Below the pieces are notes generated by a model that was not told the origin of the DNA, searched no databases, and saw nothing but the letters and a program-made list of their open reading frames with translations. Position numbers and translations under genes: made by a program. From assembly GCA_963737065.1 (NCBI GenBank), contig CAVTRC010000002.1, positions 128,001 to 192,000 on the forward strand: a stretch of DNA of 64,000 nt, written 5' to 3'. Positions 19,961 to 28,415 of the stretch are shown piece after piece (the stretch's first letter is position 1; every line of letters begins with the position of its first letter). The stretch comes from Candidatus Eremiobacteria bacterium (GTDB lineage: Bacteria; Vulcanimicrobiota; Vulcanimicrobiia; Vulcanimicrobiales; Vulcanimicrobiaceae).

Positions 19961-21262
19961 GTGGACGCGAGGGTTACCATCGGCACGGCTGAGGGGCGCT
20001 ATGGTATTTCTTCCGAGTTGCTGGCGGAGCTATGCGACCGGACGCCTGATGCGATATGTGTCATCGAACGGGGCACAAGTGCGGCGAACTTCGTTTTCCG
20101 CTATTTGAACCGCGCCTTCGAAACAATGTATGGATGCCGGCGCGACGTGACGCTCGGCTCTTCCGTCGATGCATTCATGCACGAGCGCAGCAGCGTCGAG
20201 GATCGTGAACGTGTGAATGACGCGTTGGAACGCAACGAAGCGTTTCGGATTCGTCGCGGATTTGCGCGCACCGACGGAACATTTATCTGGATCGAAGCGA
20301 ATTTTTCGCCGATTCCCTGGGACGGTGGCCAGCGTTGGATGTTCATCACGCGGGATGCGACGCGCGAAAAGCGCGCGCACGAACGGATGGTACAACTCAC
20401 GACCGCGGTTGAACACGGCTACGATCCCGTTGCGATCAGTACTGCTTCGAATCGTACGTGGCTGTTCGGATACGTGAATGACGCGTTTACGCGAACGACC
20501 GGATATTTACATGACGAAGTGCTCGGCACATCGTGGAATACGATTCTCGGCGACGATCGCGATGGGCCTCGTCTTGAAACGATCCGCGCGGCCCTGTATG
20601 CGGGTCAGCCGGTACGCACGGAACTTTCGTATCGGCGTAAAGACGGGCGCCATGGGATGTTCGAAGTTCACTTACAACCGATCCAAGAACACTCGAGCCG
20701 TGAATATACGTCGGTGGTCTCCGTTTTCCGCGATATCACCGACGCGCGTCAACGTGAAGCCAAATTGCTGTACGAGGCGGAGCACGACTTACTGACCGAG
20801 CTCTTCAATCGCCGTTATTTCGAGCGCGGACTCGAAACGGCGATCTCGATGACGAGGAAGTCGGCGATGCATGCCTTGCTCTTTGCGGATCTCGACGGAT
20901 TCAAAGAGGTCAACGACCGTCTGGGTCACGAGATCGGCGACGAAGTCCTACGCGCCGCTGCGCGCACCTTTGACTCTGCCGTCTTCCGGACCGATGTGCT
21001 CGCGCGGTGGGGAGGCGACGAGTTTGCGGCGTTGCTCTACCACTGTTCGCTCGAAAATGCGGTCCGTACGGCGAAGGACATGGCGGCGGCCTTTACCGCC
21101 TCGCCCGACCGGCGCGGTACGACGGTCAGCATCGGTATCGTGGCGATCCGTCCCGCGGAGAGCGTCGCCGATCTGATCCGCCGGGCCGACCGGATGTGCT
21201 ATAAGGCAAAAGCGGCCGGCCGTAACCGGGTGCTTGCCGAGACGGACGAACAGCAGCCGTAG
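19961..21262 (+). CDS. PAS-PAS-GGDEF diguanylate cyclase
   Basis: Two PAS/PAC repeats; HDLLTELFNRR, DLDGFKEVND and ARWGGDEF motifs. Confidence 0.93.
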   Translation: MDARVTIGTAEGRYGISSELLAELCDRTPDAICVIERGTSAANFVFRYLNRAFETMYGCRRDVTLGSSVDAFMHERSSVEDRERVNDALERNEAFRIRRGFARTDGTFIWIEANFSPIPWDGGQRWMFITRDATREKRAHERMVQLTTAVEHGYDPVAISTASNRTWLFGYVNDAFTRTTGYLHDEVLGTSWNTILGDDRDGPRLETIRAALYAGQPVRTELSYRRKDGRHGMFEVHLQPIQEHSSREYTSVVSVFRDITDARQREAKLLYEAEHDLLTELFNRRYFERGLETAISMTRKSAMHALLFADLDGFKEVNDRLGHEIGDEVLRAAARTFDSAVFRTDVLARWGGDEFAALLYHCSLENAVRTAKDMAAAFTASPDRRGTTVSIGIVAIRPAESVADLIRRADRMCYKAKAAGRNRVLAETDEQQP

Positions 21263-21273
21263 CCGAGAGCAGC

Positions 21274-21303
21274 TTGCGAGGGGAGCCGGGCGTGTGGTAC
21301 AGT
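21274..21303 (+). promoter_or_regulatory. Putative housekeeping promoter of the rpmG-secE-nusG operon
   Basis: TTGCGA-N18-TACAGT with extended -10 TG. Confidence 0.5.
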
Positions 21304-21355
21304 CTGTTGGTTGAACGCCTCGTCGGGGCGTTTATTTCATGTGTGGTAGACTGAG

Positions 21356-21520
21356 ATGGCAAAAAAAGAGAATCGTGTGATGGTAGTCATGGCTTGCAGT
21401 GAATGCAAGCGCCGCAACTACAACACGCAAAAGAACAAACAAAAAACGACGGCCCGGCTAGAGCTGAGCAAATACTGCCGCTTCTGCCGCTGCCACCGCA
21501 ACCACCGCGAAACGAAGTAG
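21356..21520 (+). CDS. rpmG: 50S ribosomal protein L33 (Zn-ribbon, C+ type)
   Basis: Manual translation [54 protein letters not shown]. It is below the ORF-track size cutoff. Confidence 0.97.
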   Translation: MAKKENRVMVVMACSECKRRNYNTQKNKQKTTARLELSKYCRFCRCHRNHRETK

Positions 21521-21540
21521 CTTTTTCAAGCCCGGCGTAC

Positions 21541-21616
21541 AGGGCGGTAGCTCAATTGGTAGAGTAGCGGTCTCCAAAATCGCCGGTTGCAGGTTCGAGT
21601 CCTGTCCGCCCTGCCA
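21541..21616 (+). tRNA. tRNA-Trp (anticodon CCA)
   Basis: 76 nt cloverleaf, loop CT-CCA-AA, encoded 3' CCA, canonical position before secE. Confidence 0.97.
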
Positions 21617-21639
21617 GAATTTTCCCCGGGAGTTGACGT

Positions 21640-21885
21640 TTGGTGAACGAGCAGAAGAAGTCGATCGGTCGAGGCGCAGCCACGGCTGCCGGACAACCCG
21701 CCGGCGGAGATTTCGTGCGCGGCGTGATCACAGAACTGCGTCGCGTCACCTGGCCGACGCGTGATGAATGGGTTTCCGCCACGCTGCTCACGATCGGATT
21801 GGTGGTCGGCATCGGGCTTTTTACGTACCTGCTAGATCTGGCGTTCGGCGCGCTGTTCCAATTCATCCATCCCGTCAACCTCTGA
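21640..21885 (+). CDS. secE: Preprotein translocase subunit SecE
   Basis: ELRRVTWPTR motif plus TM helix; synteny. Confidence 0.95.
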   Translation: MVNEQKKSIGRGAATAAGQPAGGDFVRGVITELRRVTWPTRDEWVSATLLTIGLVVGIGLFTYLLDLAFGALFQFIHPVNL

Positions 21886-21902
21886 GACGATGACCTAAGA
21901 CG

Positions 21903-22622
21903 ATGACCGAATTCGAACGCGAATACGACGGCACGGCCGTCGACGTCGAAACCGACGGCACGGCCGTCGACGTCGAAACTGACGAAGAAGTCGTAACGCA
22001 AGACCCCGGCGACGGCACCGCCGGCGTCTTTGATGTGCGCGATGAAGCGCCCGAAGAAGTCGCCGAACGGCCCGCGTCCACGAAGAAGGACAACCGCAAC
22101 TGGTTCGTGATCCACACGTATTCCGGTTACGAGAACAAAGTCAAAGCGAATCTCGAACGCCGCATTCACTCGATGGGCATGCAGGACAAAATTTTCCGCG
22201 TGCTCGTTCCGATGGAGGACGAAGTCGAGTTCAAAGACGGCAAGCGTAAAATCACCCCCAAGAAAGTCTTCCCGGGCTACGTGCTCGTCGAGATGATCAT
22301 GGACGACCAGTCGTGGTACGTCGTCCGCAACACGCAAGGTGTGACCGGCTTCGTCGGCAGTCCGGGACCGGGTGAAAAGCCGGTTCCGCTGCAAGAAAAA
22401 GAAGTGAAGACGATCCTCAAGCAGATGGGCATAGAGGCGCCGAAGCTCAAGATCGACTTCAAGAAGGGCGATCGCGTAAAGGTCACGTCGGGTCCGTTCT
22501 TCGATTTCACCGGCGTCGTCGACGAAATTCAACCCGAAAAAGAACGCCTGCGCGCGCTCATCTCGATCTTCGGCCGCGAAACTCCGGTCGAGCTTGAGTT
22601 CTTCCAGGTCGAAAAGGTATGA
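21903..22622 (+). CDS. nusG: Transcription termination/antitermination factor NusG with acidic N-terminal extension
   Basis: WFVIHTYSGYENKVK, FPGYVLVEM and KOW domain with IFGRETPVEL. Confidence 0.98.
   Translation: MTEFEREYDGTAVDVETDGTAVDVETDEEVVTQDPGDGTAGVFDVRDEAPEEVAERPASTKKDNRNWFVIHTYSGYENKVKANLERRIHSMGMQDKIFRVLVPMEDEVEFKDGKRKITPKKVFPGYVLVEMIMDDQSWYVVRNTQGVTGFVGSPGPGEKPVPLQEKEVKTILKQMGIEAPKLKIDFKKGDRVKVTSGPFFDFTGVVDEIQPEKERLRALISIFGRETPVELEFFQVEKV
21926..21979 (+). repeat. Perfect 27-bp tandem duplication (DGTAVDVET x2) in the nusG N-terminal extension
   Basis: cgacggcacggccgtcgacgtcgaaac occurs twice in tandem. Confidence 0.9.
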
Positions 22623-22629
22623 AGCGTTT

Positions 22630-22715
22630 GCATTTCCGTCCCTGGTGTCGTTGAGCCGGGGATCGCGTACCATAGTACGCTTCACCCCGTCTCGCCTAAC
22701 CAGGAACGAAAATGC
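22630..22715. repeat. Single diverged copy of the hairpin element that forms the array after rplL
   Basis: Shares CCCTGGTGTCGTYGAG...ATC-stem-TTCA...CTC.CCTAACCAGGA.CGAAA with the 106-bp unit; stems differ by compensatory changes. Confidence 0.85.
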
Positions 22716-22757
22716 TGCATGCTGCGCTGCGAGTCGATGGCGCCATAAGTGAAACTT

Positions 22758-22830
22758 TCTCACGGGAGAGACCCCGGCTCGTGAGATTGCTGAGGGGCAG
22801 AGCGCCGTAGGGCGACTCGTTAAGGAGAGA
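22758..22830 (+). promoter_or_regulatory. Putative rplK leader (possible L1 autoregulatory site)
   Basis: Structured GC hairpins (tctcacg...cgtgaga; cgcc-gtag-ggcg) directly before the AAGGAG RBS of rplK. Function inferred from position only. Confidence 0.35.
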
Positions 22831-22832
22831 AC

Positions 22833-23258
22833 ATGGCGAAGAAAGTTGTAGGCAAGATCGGCCTGCAAATTCCGGCCGGCAAGGCAACGCCTGCGCCGCC
22901 GATCGGTCCGGCACTCGGTCCGTATTCATTGAATATCATGGATTTCTGCAGGCAGTACAACGAACGCACTGCGTCGCAGGCGGGCATGATCATTCCGGTC
23001 GAGATTACCGTCTATGAAGACCGCACGTTCACATTCATCACGAAGACGCCGCCGGCGTCCTTTCTGATCAAACAGGCGCTGAAGATCGACGCCGGTTCGA
23101 AGGAGCCGAACCGCAATAAAGTCGGTAAATTGACGAACGCGCAACTCGAAGAGATCGCGAAAGTGAAGATGCCCGACATCAACGCGAACGACATCGATGC
23201 AGCGAAGAAGATCATTGCCGGAACAGCGCGCTCGATGGGCGTGGAGGTCGAAGCGTAA
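22833..23258 (+). CDS. rplK: 50S ribosomal protein L11
   Basis: [15 protein letters not shown] and GTARSMGV motifs. Confidence 0.99.
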   Translation: MAKKVVGKIGLQIPAGKATPAPPIGPALGPYSLNIMDFCRQYNERTASQAGMIIPVEITVYEDRTFTFITKTPPASFLIKQALKIDAGSKEPNRNKVGKLTNAQLEEIAKVKMPDINANDIDAAKKIIAGTARSMGVEVEA

Positions 23259-23959
23259 TGCCGCAACATCACGGGAAGCGCTACAAGAACCTCGTCGCCA
23301 ACTACGATAAGAAGGCGCTGTACACACCGGCCGAAGCGATCGACCTCGTGAAGAAAAACGCGAATGCGAAATTTAACGAGACGGTCGAAGTGCACGTGCG
23401 TCTCGGTGTGGATCCGAAGAAGAGCGATCAGAACGTTCGCGGTACCGTCCTGCTGCCGCACGGCACCGGACGTACGGTCCGCGTGATCGCGTTCGCCAAA
23501 GGAGACAATGCGAAGGCGGCGCAAGAAGCGGGGGCCGATCTGGTCGGCGACCAGGATCTCATCGATCGGCTCAAGGGCGGCTTCACCGAGTTCGACGTCG
23601 CCGTCGCGACCCCGGACATGATGGCGCAGGTCGGTAAGGAACTCGGACGCATTCTCGCGCAAAAGATGCCGAACCCCAAGGCGGGCACGGTTTCGCCGAA
23701 TATCGCCGGCGCAATTCGCGACATCAAGGCCGGTAAGGTGGAGTACCGCCTCGACAAGACCGGTATCATTCACACGATCGTTGGGAAATCCCAGTTCGAT
23801 GCGGATCATCTGCTCGAGAACTTGACGACGCTGCTTGATGCGATCGTCCGCGCAAAGCCGGCGGCTGCGAAGGGGACCTACCTGCGCAGCGTGGCGCTCA
23901 CGAGCACCATGGGACCGGGCGTGAAAGTCGACCCCAATCGCATCCGCGCGACGGTATAG
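23258..23959 (+). CDS. rplA: 50S ribosomal protein L1
   Basis: [24 protein letters not shown] and STMGPG motifs. Confidence 0.99.
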   Translation: MPQHHGKRYKNLVANYDKKALYTPAEAIDLVKKNANAKFNETVEVHVRLGVDPKKSDQNVRGTVLLPHGTGRTVRVIAFAKGDNAKAAQEAGADLVGDQDLIDRLKGGFTEFDVAVATPDMMAQVGKELGRILAQKMPNPKAGTVSPNIAGAIRDIKAGKVEYRLDKTGIIHTIVGKSQFDADHLLENLTTLLDAIVRAKPAAAKGTYLRSVALTSTMGPGVKVDPNRIRATV

Positions 23960-23981
23960 ACCGAAGATCATCTGAAGCAGC

Positions 23982-24008
23982 AGGGCCCGGTTCAATGAAC
24001 CGGGCCCT
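23982..24008. terminator. Strong hairpin after rplA (possibly bidirectional terminator)
   Basis: AGGGCCCGGTTC-AAT-GAACCGGGCCCT, a 12-bp perfect stem between convergent genes. No U-tract. Confidence 0.6.
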
Positions 24009-24148
24009 CATGTTATGCCGGCCGTACGCCGCGACGGCCGCACGTTTTGTCCTTCGCGCGCCGAAGTGATTCGTCGTGGTTCGCAATCCTTACCCGGAAG
24101 ATCACACATGTTGCGCGCATTCGGTCCATTCGCAACATGGACGTCCAA

Positions 24149-24745
24149 TTAGTCGAGAAACGATACAACGCCGCTTCGTAAATCGTACGTTGCACCGGCC
24201 ACGCGCAGCCGGCCGGCGCGCATTGCCTCTGCGACGATGTTCGACCGTTGTGGAATTTCAGCGGCGTTACGGCGCACGTTCTCGATGACCGCGTCGTGCC
24301 AACGGTTGGTGCCTCGCGTGGCGCGCGCAGCCGGCGCTATTGCGTCGACGAGGCGCTGAATGGCACCCGGGAGCCGGGCGTCGGTGTCGACGTAGTCAAG
24401 CGCGGCCTTCACGGCTCCGCACTGCTCGTGACCCAGAACGACGACCAGCATTGAGTTGAGAAGCGCGACCGCATATTCCATCGTCGCTAATCCGTCCTCG
24501 TTGAGGAAATTGCCGGCGACGCGGACTACGAACAGATCCCCGGGCTCCCGATCGAAAATCGCCTCGACCGGGACACGCGAATCTGAACATCCGAGGACCG
24601 TCGCAAAGGGCGATTGTCCGTTGGCGAGGTTCGCGCGCGCAGGTGGCGGGAGCGGAGCGGCGGGACGCGCTTCTACGAAGCGGCGGTTCCCTTCGACAAG
24701 GCATCGGATCGCCGCATCGGGTGAATCCGGACGAGAAATCGGCAT
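24149..24745 (-). CDS. Beta-class carbonic anhydrase
   Basis: EGNRRF, CSDSRV, VRVAGN and GHEQCGAV zinc-ligand motifs. Confidence 0.95.
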   Translation of the reverse strand: MPISRPDSPDAAIRCLVEGNRRFVEARPAAPLPPPARANLANGQSPFATVLGCSDSRVPVEAIFDREPGDLFVVRVAGNFLNEDGLATMEYAVALLNSMLVVVLGHEQCGAVKAALDYVDTDARLPGAIQRLVDAIAPAARATRGTNRWHDAVIENVRRNAAEIPQRSNIVAEAMRAGRLRVAGATYDLRSGVVSFLD

Positions 24746-24991
24746 CTGTGGTGGGTCGGTCTCATGAGACGACCCTCCTTCGTATAAGCACTTCAGCTAT
24801 TGGGCGCTTCCCGACTTTCTGCTCAGCTTCTTAGGACTTCTCACCACATTGGGCCGAACCCGAATTTCCCTGTGCCTTTACGCACGCTTTACCCAATGTG
24901 GCTCTGTCGGTAAACCGCAGTGACGGCTAACATCGCAGATACCTGCACAATACTTGTCCCCGGTGAGGGACGAAAGGATCGCTTCTCAACG

Positions 24992-25423
24992 ATGAATCGC
25001 AAACTTCTTGCATTCACTTCTTTGTTTTCTGCGTTGACGTTCGCTGCCGCGATGCCGGCGCTCGCCCTCGAAGTGGGCACGACGAACACCGTTACGCAAA
25101 CGATTACCTCGGGCCGCCTCCAGATCAACGAAACCGACAATCATTGGGATTGCGGCTATCAGAACACGTTCCAAGTCTCCGGCGACGGCACGCTCCAAGC
25201 GGGTCTCGGCGGACAGGTCGGTGGTCAGATCAGCGAAAACCGTAATTCACTCTCGGGCGGCATCTTCGGCGACGGCGACGGATACATCGGACTGACGGGG
25301 TCGGGCACGGTCTCGTACACGCACCAAGACTTCTCGGATCACAACGTCACGAAGCAGTACTTCAACGGCACGCAAACCACGAGCAGCTCGACGATCCAGT
25401 CGGCAACCTTCGTCAACTTCTAA
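24992..25423 (+). CDS. Secreted T/G/Q/N-rich beta-strand protein, unknown function
   Basis: AAGGA RBS, Sec signal peptide (..AMPALA), alternating beta pattern, C-terminal Phe. Confidence 0.8.
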   Translation: MNRKLLAFTSLFSALTFAAAMPALALEVGTTNTVTQTITSGRLQINETDNHWDCGYQNTFQVSGDGTLQAGLGGQVGGQISENRNSLSGGIFGDGDGYIGLTGSGTVSYTHQDFSDHNVTKQYFNGTQTTSSSTIQSATFVNF

Positions 25424-25450
25424 GCACGCCGCAACAAGCAGAGGATTCCG

Positions 25451-26344
25451 ATGAAAAAGTTCGTTTCACTTGCGATCGCACTCGCTATGGGTGCGGCGGT
25501 CGCTCCGGCGTTAGCGCAAACCGTTCCTCCCACGCAGAACGTTAACGCGCCTACCTCAAGCAACAACGGCGTGTCCAATCCCGTAGGTGAAAACACCAAT
25601 GTCCAAGTCAATAACTCGTACTCGGGCATGAATTCCTTTGGAGTCGGAATCCAATGCGCAACGCCGTACCTCGCCGCCGGGTTTTTCAACAACAACACCG
25701 ATATCAATGGCGGCGGGGGGATCGGCGTTAATACGGGTGTCGGCGGCAACAATACGACGGGCGCAACGCTGCAAGTCGTCGTTCCGATCGGCGGCACTCA
25801 AGGCGCCAATTGTACGGCGCTCTCCAACGAAATAGTAAAGCAGCGTCAACTCGATACGCAGATTACGCTGATTCAACGATGCGCGGACTTCGCGAAGGCC
25901 GGCATCACGCTCGATGCGCGCGTGTATCCTCAACTGGCCAGCGCGTGTGCGGGCGTCAAAGTCGCAATGAGCGGCTCGAGCTCGTCGTCTTCCCCATCGG
26001 GCAGCAGCGACGAAGCCGCAGCATCGCTCCCGAAACTCATGGTCTACGCGAGTGACTCGAAATCGCCGTCTCAGCCCTCACAGCCTAAGGCGCAGTCGCC
26101 ACAGTCTAAGCCTCAGCCGGCGCAATCGAAGGCGCAGCCCTCGCAATCGAAGGCCCAGCCGGCTCTCACTGTGGCTGCCGCATGCACCTCTCCGAAAGAG
26201 CTGAGCGATCGCGATAAGAGCTTGCTCGAACAGTGGAAGATGAGTTCATCACACCAAAACTCGGCGCTTCAGAGATCGCTGACCGCGAAGTATGCAGCGC
26301 AGCTCGCAGCGGACTGCGTCGATCCCGTCGCTTGGAATCACTAA
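25451..26344 (+). CDS. Secreted Cys-containing protein with beta-hairpin, helical region and S/Q/P linker, unknown function
   Basis: GAGGA RBS, signal peptide (..APALA), six Cys, QSKAQP repeats. Confidence 0.85.
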   Translation: MKKFVSLAIALAMGAAVAPALAQTVPPTQNVNAPTSSNNGVSNPVGENTNVQVNNSYSGMNSFGVGIQCATPYLAAGFFNNNTDINGGGGIGVNTGVGGNNTTGATLQVVVPIGGTQGANCTALSNEIVKQRQLDTQITLIQRCADFAKAGITLDARVYPQLASACAGVKVAMSGSSSSSSPSGSSDEAAASLPKLMVYASDSKSPSQPSQPKAQSPQSKPQPAQSKAQPSQSKAQPALTVAAACTSPKELSDRDKSLLEQWKMSSSHQNSALQRSLTAKYAAQLAADCVDPVAWNH

Positions 26345-26766
26345 TGCGCAACGTTGCTGTCCTTGCACTCGCAATCGCGCTCGCCGGTTCGCTTCTCAGC
26401 GTGCCGGCGCGCGCGGCGAGCGGTTCCCCGATCGTCGTTCCGATGCCGGCGGGCGCGGTTACAATCGAGACGTGCCACTGGTCTGGGAACGACCGGCATT
26501 TTACGACGGATATCAAGCTTGCGGACCACACGAATTTGAAGATCGCGAAAGCACGTCTGCTCTTGACGTTTACGAGCTCGGAAGGCGAAACGGTTTCGAG
26601 CTACGTCGACATGGTAGGCGACGTCGTTCAGCCGGCGCAAGGCGTACCGCCGGTCGGGACGTGGAAGCGCAGTGCCTTTCCACGAGATCTTCAAACGCTG
26701 CGGTGCGGTCTCGTCGGCGTGAAGTTTCAGGGATATCCGAACGTCATCTACTCTGCGGTAAAATGA
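26344..26766 (+). CDS. Secreted hypothetical protein (beta-rich, two Cys)
   Basis: TAATG coupling to the upstream gene; signal peptide ending PARA. Confidence 0.8.
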   Translation: MRNVAVLALAIALAGSLLSVPARAASGSPIVVPMPAGAVTIETCHWSGNDRHFTTDIKLADHTNLKIAKARLLLTFTSSEGETVSSYVDMVGDVVQPAQGVPPVGTWKRSAFPRDLQTLRCGLVGVKFQGYPNVIYSAVK

Positions 26767-26773
26767 GGCTGCG

Positions 26774-27247
26774 ATGCGTCATGGTCGTTTCGCGGTCGGA
26801 TTCGCCTTACTAGTCCTCATTGCGGCATCGGCCGGTGCAAAGCCGGCGCCGCGAACAGGTCACGGTGAGTGTCCCGACATCCCGCACTACTACAGCCAAC
26901 AGGACGAACGCCAGATCCTGCGCGCACAGCGGCTAATACAAAGCGAACACTTCGGAACGTTCGAACGCAACCTTCATTTCGGACGGAACTTTCAACCGGC
27001 TGTACCCGTGCGCGAGATGGCCGAAGAGTTCGCCGTCTACGGCTACGAGTACGTCGGTCAGTATCATGGCTTCATGCTCTTTCAGCAGTACGCCAACGGC
27101 TATTTTGCAGTCGGCAAGCTCGCCCGATTCCTGGCTAAGACTGGCCTCGAGCAGCCGTACGCGACCCCCGAGCGCCTCGTGCTCCAGCCGCCCTTCATCG
27201 GTGGCGTCCCGATACCGCCGGATCTCGTAGCGTTTCCCTGCCGGTAA
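26774..27247 (+). CDS. Secreted hypothetical protein
   Basis: GAGG RBS, signal peptide, Cys near both ends of the mature chain. Confidence 0.75.
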   Translation: MRHGRFAVGFALLVLIAASAGAKPAPRTGHGECPDIPHYYSQQDERQILRAQRLIQSEHFGTFERNLHFGRNFQPAVPVREMAEEFAVYGYEYVGQYHGFMLFQQYANGYFAVGKLARFLAKTGLEQPYATPERLVLQPPFIGGVPIPPDLVAFPCR

Positions 27248-27276
27248 AGGCAGTCCGCTGTAGATGGGCAGTCCGG

Positions 27277-27306
27277 TTGCACGACCGGCTGCCGATGTGG
27301 TAGTCT
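27277..27306 (+). promoter_or_regulatory. Putative rplJ promoter
   Basis: TTGCAC-N18-TAGTCT with extended -10 TG, just upstream of the L10 leader. Confidence 0.55.
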
Positions 27307-27317
27307 ATGCGACGGCT

Positions 27318-27440
27318 CCGAAGACCGTAACCGGCCATTGGCCTTGATGTTCGCGAGAACGGTTACCGAGGCGCGTGATGGAATCTCCGCATTCGTGCGG
27401 CTTTCTCGTAGCGCCCTCCGGACGGATGGAGCGCTTTTTT
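27318..27440 (+). ncRNA. L10 (rplJ) leader, ribosomal protein autoregulatory RNA
   Basis: CCGAAGAC-CGTAACC...TTGAT-GTTC-GCGA-GAAC-GGTTAC-CGAGG followed by a hairpin and T-run, upstream of rplJ. Confidence 0.8.
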
Positions 27441-27482
27441 AATTCCCTTCGGGAATTGAACTGAAGAAAGCGGCTTAATTTC

Positions 27483-28016
27483 ATGCCAACCGCACGTAAA
27501 GAAGCAGCGGTACAAGAATTACGCGATCGGCTTGCCGAGTCGCAGAACTTGTTCTTGACCGACTTTGCGGGCCTCACCGTCGAAGATATTACGAAACTTC
27601 GCGGCGAGCTTCGCAAAGACGGCAGCACGTATGCCGTCGTCAAGAACACGCTCTTCAAAATTGCCGCCGGCGATGACATCGCCAAGCAGCTCGATGGGTT
27701 TTTGGCCGGCCCGACCGGTATCGTGTTCGCCGGCACCGACCCGGTTGCACCCGCGAAGGCAATCAAGCAGTTCGCAGACGACAGCAAGAAACTGGGCATC
27801 AAAGCGGCGATCGTCGACGGCAAGTTCGCCGACAAAACGCAAATCGAAGCACTTGCGGCGCTTCCGCCCAAACCCGAGCTCATCGCGAAACTCATTGGTT
27901 CACTCGCAAGCCCGCTACGCGGTCTCGTCGCCGTGCTTTCCGGCAATCAGAGCGGCCTCGTCCGCGTGCTCAACCAAATCCGCGAGCAAAAAGAAGCCGC
28001 GGGTTCGAACGCATAA
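27483..28016 (+). CDS. rplJ: 50S ribosomal protein L10
   Basis: GLTVEDITKLR, VVKNTL and LAALP motifs. Confidence 0.98.
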   Translation: MPTARKEAAVQELRDRLAESQNLFLTDFAGLTVEDITKLRGELRKDGSTYAVVKNTLFKIAAGDDIAKQLDGFLAGPTGIVFAGTDPVAPAKAIKQFADDSKKLGIKAAIVDGKFADKTQIEALAALPPKPELIAKLIGSLASPLRGLVAVLSGNQSGLVRVLNQIREQKEAAGSNA

Positions 28017-28040
28017 AGCATTCAAGGAGACTCCAGTATC

Positions 28041-28415
28041 ATGGCAGTTGCCGATCTCATCGATCAAATCGACAAACTTACCGTTCTCGAACTCGCGGAT
28101 CTCGTCAAGCAGCTTGAAGAGAAGTATGGCGTGACCGCGGCCGCTCCCGTCGCGATGATGGCTGCGCCCGGTGCCGGTGCCGCCGCTGCCCCGGCTGTTG
28201 AGAAGACCGAGTTCGACGTGATCCTGCAAGAGGCGGGCGCGGAGAAGATCAAGGTCATCAAGGCAGTGCGCGAAATCACGAGCCTTGGTCTCACCGAAGC
28301 GAAGGCGTTCGTTGAGAGCGCACCCAAGCCGGTCAAAGAAGGCGTACCGAAAGACGAAGCCGAGGCGGTTAAAAAGAAGCTCGAAGAAGCCGGCGCCAAA
28401 GTCGAAATCAAGTAA
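28041..28415 (+). CDS. rplL: 50S ribosomal protein L7/L12
   Basis: [25 protein letters not shown] and [11 protein letters not shown] motifs. Confidence 0.99.
   Translation: MAVADLIDQIDKLTVLELADLVKQLEEKYGVTAAAPVAMMAAPGAGAAAAPAVEKTEFDVILQEAGAEKIKVIKAVREITSLGLTEAKAFVESAPKPVKEGVPKDEAEAVKKKLEEAGAKVEIK

Noticed and set aside
19646..21616. Integrative element or prophage at tRNA-Arg or tRNA-Trp
   Set aside because: No integrase, phage genes or duplicated tRNA 3' end were seen in the window.
23960..23985. ACCGAAGATC...AGCAGG after rplA as a remnant L10 leader
   Set aside because: The match to the real leader start (CCGAAGAC) is too short and no leader structure follows.
21552..23995. Long antisense ORFs (438 aa, 327 aa) opposite nusG/rplK/rplA, and similar shadows elsewhere
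   Set aside because: Typical GC-rich antisense shadows of well-conserved genes.
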